Shown in pieces: positions 16,267 to 20,000 of a stretch of DNA of 20,000 nucleotides. Positions within the stretch are counted from its first letter, which is position 1, and every line of letters starts with the position of its first letter. Both the position numbers and the translations under genes were made by a program. The notes below the pieces were generated by a model. That model was not told the origin of the DNA. It made no database searches and was given only the letters and a program-made list of their open reading frames with translations. This stretch comes from an uncultured virus (IMG/VR IMGVR_UViG_3300030419_006315) (taxonomy: Duplodnaviria; Heunggongvirae; Uroviricota; Caudoviricetes): the IMG/VR virus record IMGVR_UViG_3300030419_006315; one strand, written 5' to 3'.

Positions 16267-17475
16267 ATGACCCAAGAGAACGTCAAAGACTTTGATCTCA
16301 ACAAGCACGTCGCCCGACTCCTTATGTCGGAGCCGTTTTTCGCAGCAATTAGCCGACGTGTCGATAAGCGCGCATCGAGGGCTATTCCCACGGCTGGCGT
16401 CACTATCAACAAAGACACCGCACAGTTTGAGATGCTTTACAATCCTGCCTTCTTTGAGAAGCTGGACGACAAGCAGCGTGCTGGCGTTCTGAAACATGAG
16501 TTTTACCACCTTGTGTTTATGCACGTCACAGACCGTAAGCCCGAGGGCGTGAACGCCAAGCGATGGAACATCGCCGCAGACCTTTCGATCAACACCCATC
16601 TCAAGGGCGAATTGCCCGAGGGCTGCTGCATGCCAGGGGAAGGCCCCTTCGCAGAGATGCCACCGGGTAAGACCGCAGAATGGTATCTCGCCAACATGCC
16701 CGAGAATCCCGAAGGCGAAGGTCAGGGCAACGGATCCGGCGAAGGTGGCGAGGGGGAAGAGGGCCAGGGTTTCCCCGATGGTGTCTTTGACGATCACGAG
16801 GGCTGGGATGATGTCCCCAACGATGTGAAGGAGATGGCCAAAGAGCGCCTAAAGAATAATATAAAGAAGGCGGCAGAAGAGGCCAGCAAGGCTAACTCAT
16901 GGGGCACCATTCCCCAGGACACACGCAAGCGCATCATGGATAGCATCAAGTCCACCGTGGATTGGCGGAAAGTCCTTCGCTACTTTATCAAAACCTCGCA
17001 ACGGGCTCATAAGCGGACCACCGTGCGGCGCATCAACAAGCGTTATCCTTACGTCCACCCAGGGCGAACCGCCAACCGTCAAGCGCGCATCGCCATCAGT
17101 ATTGACCAATCGGGATCCGTAGACGATGGGATGCTTGCAGCTTTCTTTTCGGAATTGAATAAGCTAGCTGAATTGGCAGAGTTTACCGTGATTCCGTTCG
17201 ATTGCACGGTCGCAGAAGATAAGATCCATGTTTGGAAGAAGGGCGAACGCAAGGTATGGGAGCGAGTTCGGTTCGGTGGTACTGACTTCAACCCGCCGAC
17301 TGATTATGTCAACCAGCATGGGTTCGACGGTCACATCGTATTGACTGACCTTTGTGCGCCGAAGCCTAAAGCTAGCAAGTGTCAGAGGATGTGGATGACT
17401 ACCCGTTATTATGCCGAGCGCCCTTACTTCAAGACGACTGAAAGGATTATTGCAATCGACACCCCACAAAAGTAA
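16267..17475 (+). CDS. Metallopeptidase-like + VWA-like protein (DUF2201 type)
   Basis: PTAGV, HEFYH (HExxH), WNIAADLSIN, G/E-rich linker, DDH..W, MIDAS IDQSGS, GGTDF, LTD. Confidence 0.9.
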   Translation: MTQENVKDFDLNKHVARLLMSEPFFAAISRRVDKRASRAIPTAGVTINKDTAQFEMLYNPAFFEKLDDKQRAGVLKHEFYHLVFMHVTDRKPEGVNAKRWNIAADLSINTHLKGELPEGCCMPGEGPFAEMPPGKTAEWYLANMPENPEGEGQGNGSGEGGEGEEGQGFPDGVFDDHEGWDDVPNDVKEMAKERLKNNIKKAAEEASKANSWGTIPQDTRKRIMDSIKSTVDWRKVLRYFIKTSQRAHKRTTVRRINKRYPYVHPGRTANRQARIAISIDQSGSVDDGMLAAFFSELNKLAELAEFTVIPFDCTVAEDKIHVWKKGERKVWERVRFGGTDFNPPTDYVNQHGFDGHIVLTDLCAPKPKASKCQRMWMTTRYYAERPYFKTTERIIAIDTPQK

Positions 17476-17593
17476 CAATATCAGGGGGTTACAAAATAGT
17501 TTGTAACTCTCTGTTTTCGCTAAGGAAACTAACTTGACAAATCCTCCAGCCTTTGATATTATATATAAAGACAGTGAGGGAAGGGTTGAAACA
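17476..17593 (+). repeat. Dyad-promoter-RBS module
   Basis: CAGGGGGTTACAAA-ATAG-TTTGTAACTCTCTG; TTGACA(17534)-N17-TATTAT; ATATAAAGACAGTGAGGGAAGG. Confidence 0.9.
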
Positions 17594-17605
17594 ATGAAGT
17601 CTATT

Positions 17606-17715
17606 TAGGGCGCAGCGCCTAGAGCGCAGTAAGAGCTACAAGGCGTCCCAAAGTAGCCCGGACGAAAGAGCCGAGATCGCCAGGGGCAGAAAAGGCCCCG
17701 CTTGATGAAGCAGCA
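17606..17715 (+). ncRNA. Candidate structured RNA or leader
   Basis: GC-rich non-coding stretch with about five consecutive short stems directly after a promoter module. Confidence 0.3.
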
Positions 17716-17736
17716 GAGAAGAGAAAGGATAAAAGA

Positions 17737-17940
17737 ATGATTGTAAAAGGTAGAGAAGTCCACGTCAACATGCAGCGCCGCCAACTAGAACTAATTGCCG
17801 ACGTTGTAAATGGTATTTCAGACTCCGAACAACGACAGTTGATGGCTGTCATGTTTGGCGAGCGCCTCCAGCGTGAACGTGTCAATCCTAACTTTGATCT
17901 CGTGCGCTTTGTCAACGCTTGCACTAAGGAGAGCAATTAG
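17737..17940 (+). CDS. Small phage hypothetical protein
   Basis: AAAGGA RBS; ELIADVV...NPNFD..RF..AC motif. Confidence 0.75.
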   Translation: MIVKGREVHVNMQRRQLELIADVVNGISDSEQRQLMAVMFGERLQRERVNPNFDLVRFVNACTKESN

Positions 17941-18132
17941 ATGCAGACTTTCAAATTTATTATTGAGCAGAACATCATCATCCGAGCCAGGAACGAAGAG
18001 GAAGCGGTCAAGTGCTTCGAGGGCATGAACCTGGAATTGATTGGCGCAGAGATTGATGTCGCAGAGCAGATGGTAAACACGGCCCGCCCGATCGCTTGCG
18101 AGTATCGGGGCCACAAAACGGAGATGCTATAA
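17941..18132 (+). CDS. Hypothetical protein
   Basis: AAGGAG RBS; abuts neighbours; I.A.NEEEA motif. Confidence 0.65.
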   Translation: MQTFKFIIEQNIIIRARNEEEAVKCFEGMNLELIGAEIDVAEQMVNTARPIACEYRGHKTEML

Positions 18133-18363
18133 ATGTCAAAGTCACCCACCCATAACAGAGAGATCGACCTTTACGACCTGGCAGATTATGTCAATGAGAA
18201 TCAAGAGGCCATGGCCGCCGACTACAATCAGGCAATTCGCGATGTAGTAGAGAGCAGCGAATCTCTCAGTCTGGATAACGAAGGAGATAGAGAGGTTCTT
18301 ATTAGTAAGCTCCTCGATGCAGTTGATGAGTATGAGGAGAAGTGGCTAGGGGAAGCACTATAA
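18133..18363 (+). CDS. Acidic hypothetical protein
   Basis: GGAG RBS; abuts upstream stop; strongly D/E-rich. Confidence 0.7.
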   Translation: MSKSPTHNREIDLYDLADYVNENQEAMAADYNQAIRDVVESSESLSLDNEGDREVLISKLLDAVDEYEEKWLGEAL

Positions 18364-18365
18364 AA

Positions 18366-18728
18366 ATGTCTATCGGATTCAAAGCTAGTGGCTCCTTTGT
18401 TCATGAGCAAGAGGAAAATGAACCGAGGCCAGAAAAAAATAAAGTATCATCTAATCTAGTAGATGATGAAACAATCCCGAGGCTAATAGAATGGAAAGAG
18501 AAGTTAGGAGGAGACGAACTAACATCGACAGTAATTGATTCATATATTCAGCTATTCAGTGCAGGAGTGTTAGATATAACCTTTGACCCATATACAGGAG
18601 AACCAAAGCCTGACCTAATCAAAGCACCTTTACCACAGTTCGTTATAAAAGAACCTAGCTTAGTAAAGAGTGCAGACCCATTGAAGGAACTGTTGGAGCC
18701 TAATAAAGATAAAAACTATATCAATTAG
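18366..18728 (+). CDS. Hypothetical protein
   Basis: ATG 2 nt after previous stop; MSIGFKASG... Confidence 0.6.
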   Translation: MSIGFKASGSFVHEQEENEPRPEKNKVSSNLVDDETIPRLIEWKEKLGGDELTSTVIDSYIQLFSAGVLDITFDPYTGEPKPDLIKAPLPQFVIKEPSLVKSADPLKELLEPNKDKNYIN

Positions 18729-18775
18729 GAAGTATAGGACATTAGAGTAGAGGTAGAAGCAGGTCTTGGGCACTG

Positions 18776-18810
18776 ATGGTACACAATGGGCAACAATGGT
18801 ACAAAATGGG
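18776..18810 (+). repeat. Phased direct repeat ATGGTACAMAATGGG x2
   Basis: ATGG at 18776, 18786, 18796, 18806. Confidence 0.75.
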
Positions 18811-18975
18811 AAAGTCCTAAGGGAAGAGTACGGAAGAAGCGGCTAGCCGGTTAGTAGATTAGGCGCTAGAGGAAGGGAGGGCTGGGTACTAATGTATAAA
18901 GGGCACGCCCTAACTAGGCACAACTAATGCTAAATGCATATACTATGCCAAATAAGCGTCAAAGGAGAACGACAA

Positions 18976-19230
18976 ATGTTTGACGAAACAACCAGGAGCA
19001 GCATCAACGCCCGTCATAAAGATGACAGTGCCAAGAAAGTGACACACGCCCAAGAAGTTGAGAGACTAACTAAGATTATTAGTCAAATCTTTGACAAGCC
19101 GGGGCTCCATAACCTATGGTCATCACCCATGGATGCGTCAAATCGCAATGCAATCGCGTTTATTGTGGCCAATACACTGCTAGAACGGGGCGACATTCTA
19201 TTGACGCAAGAAAACAGCAAAAATAAATAA
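18976..19230 (+). CDS. Hypothetical protein
   Basis: AAAGGAG RBS before ATG 18976. Confidence 0.65.
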   Translation: MFDETTRSSINARHKDDSAKKVTHAQEVERLTKIISQIFDKPGLHNLWSSPMDASNRNAIAFIVANTLLERGDILLTQENSKNK

Positions 19231-19303
19231 TCAATAATATCAACCACTTAGTTAGGAACCCCCCGTAAGAGACTAAAGAAATGCCGAGGGCAAAAGAAAA
19301 TAG

Positions 19304-19332
19304 TTGACAAACCTAACTCACTTTGCTATACT
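19304..19332 (+). promoter_or_regulatory. Sigma70 promoter
   Basis: TTGACA-N17-TATACT with TG extension; lone half-site AATATCAACCACTTAG at 19236-19251. Confidence 0.8.
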
Positions 19333-19359
19333 CTATAGGTACAAAACAAAAGGATAGGC

Positions 19360-19548
19360 ATGCATTACTCAAAACTAAATCAATTCGAGGTCAGTCATTC
19401 CAACGGTACAGTAACGCTTACCACCTATCAACCAGGACCACGGGGCCTTCATCAGAACAGACGCCCTCTCACACCCACGGATGCTAAAGAGTTAGCGAGA
19501 CAACTAAACCTCGCTGCATCCGTAGCACTCGACCGTCAAAACATCTAG
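19360..19548 (+). CDS. Hypothetical protein
   Basis: AAAGGA RBS; LTPTDAKELARQL..AA motif. Confidence 0.7.
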   Translation: MHYSKLNQFEVSHSNGTVTLTTYQPGPRGLHQNRRPLTPTDAKELARQLNLAASVALDRQNI

Positions 19549-19724
19549 GTCAAACTGTTTAGGTCGAGGCCAACAAAAAAAAAGAATGCAATACATGTTC
19601 GACTATATAACGACATAGGGGAAGGAGATGCTTGAATGTCTATCACCAAGCATAGAAACAATCGACGATAGGCTGGCTTGGCTGCGGTAAGGATAGCAGC
19701 ACACAGAACATGTAAACTCTTTTT

Positions 19725-19764
19725 CACCCGCTTACCCTAGAAAGGTTGGCGGGTGTTTTTATTT
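19725..19764 (+). terminator. Intrinsic terminator
   Basis: CACCCGC...GCGGGTG stem followed by TTTTTATTT. Confidence 0.7.
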
Positions 19765-20000
19765 CATATCAATATCTGAAATCAAATCCAAATCAAATTC
19801 ATATTACATGGAGCACATACCAACTAGGGGGGGGTACCCCCTACCTACCCCCGTGGGGTCGGGAAGTATGTCACAGTGGGGGCGACGGCGTATGAGGGGT
19901 CTAAGTACGCTTTCGTTATCTCTAAGCAAAATTGGAGATTTGAGGTCAGAAAAAACACCAACCAAAACACCAACCCACCGTAGATCTCGTCGTTGATCTC

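Noticed and set aside
14034..16797. Long antisense and alternate-frame ORFs (14034..14786, 15219..15911, 15361..16020, 16129..16797)
   Set aside because: Shadows of GC-rich sense genes with clear motifs; they cross promoter modules and lack recognisable features
11307..17593. Dyads as integron attC sites
   Set aside because: No consistent RYYYAAC/GTTRRRY ends, no integrase in view, and each unit has its own promoter
17625..17720. Twister or hammerhead ribozyme call
   Set aside because: Fragments such as GTCCCAA, GCCCGG, TGATGA and GAAA are present but I could not build the required stems; left as an unclassified candidate
19545..19996. ORFs 19545..19727 and 19808..19996
   Set aside because: No convincing RBS or motifs; they overlap terminator-adjacent and low-complexity repeat sequence

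Overview
The window reads as part of a large (probably jumbo, T4-like-strategy) bacteriophage genome, with no structural or replication genes in view. Left (1-3454, +): host-like metabolic and chaperone genes (3' part of an ATP-type PEP carboxykinase, MscS-like protein, HAD phosphatase, guanylate kinase-like protein, truncated DnaJ). 3455-6464 (-): small proteins plus tRNA-Thr(TGT), an extended acyl carrier protein and tRNA-Arg(TCT). From about 6650 (+): an early-type region with 15 near-consensus sigma70 promoters, all with 17-bp spacers. The most striking structure is a modular cassette system: (i) about 26 divergent small 'xxGDLV' KOW/SH3-like proteins, many chained by a dual-coding 14-nt junction (GTGAAAGTCGGTGA = end of one gene '...SESR*' and start of the next 'MKVGD...'), and (ii) a repeated ~110-bp inverted-repeat + promoter + RBS module placed before individual genes, including a zinc-knuckle protein, a MoxR-type AAA+ ATPase and a metallopeptidase-VWA protein. 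Three proteins share an N-terminal tag resembling a capsid-targeting/prohead-protease signal. All product calls come from motif recognition by eye; no searches were run.
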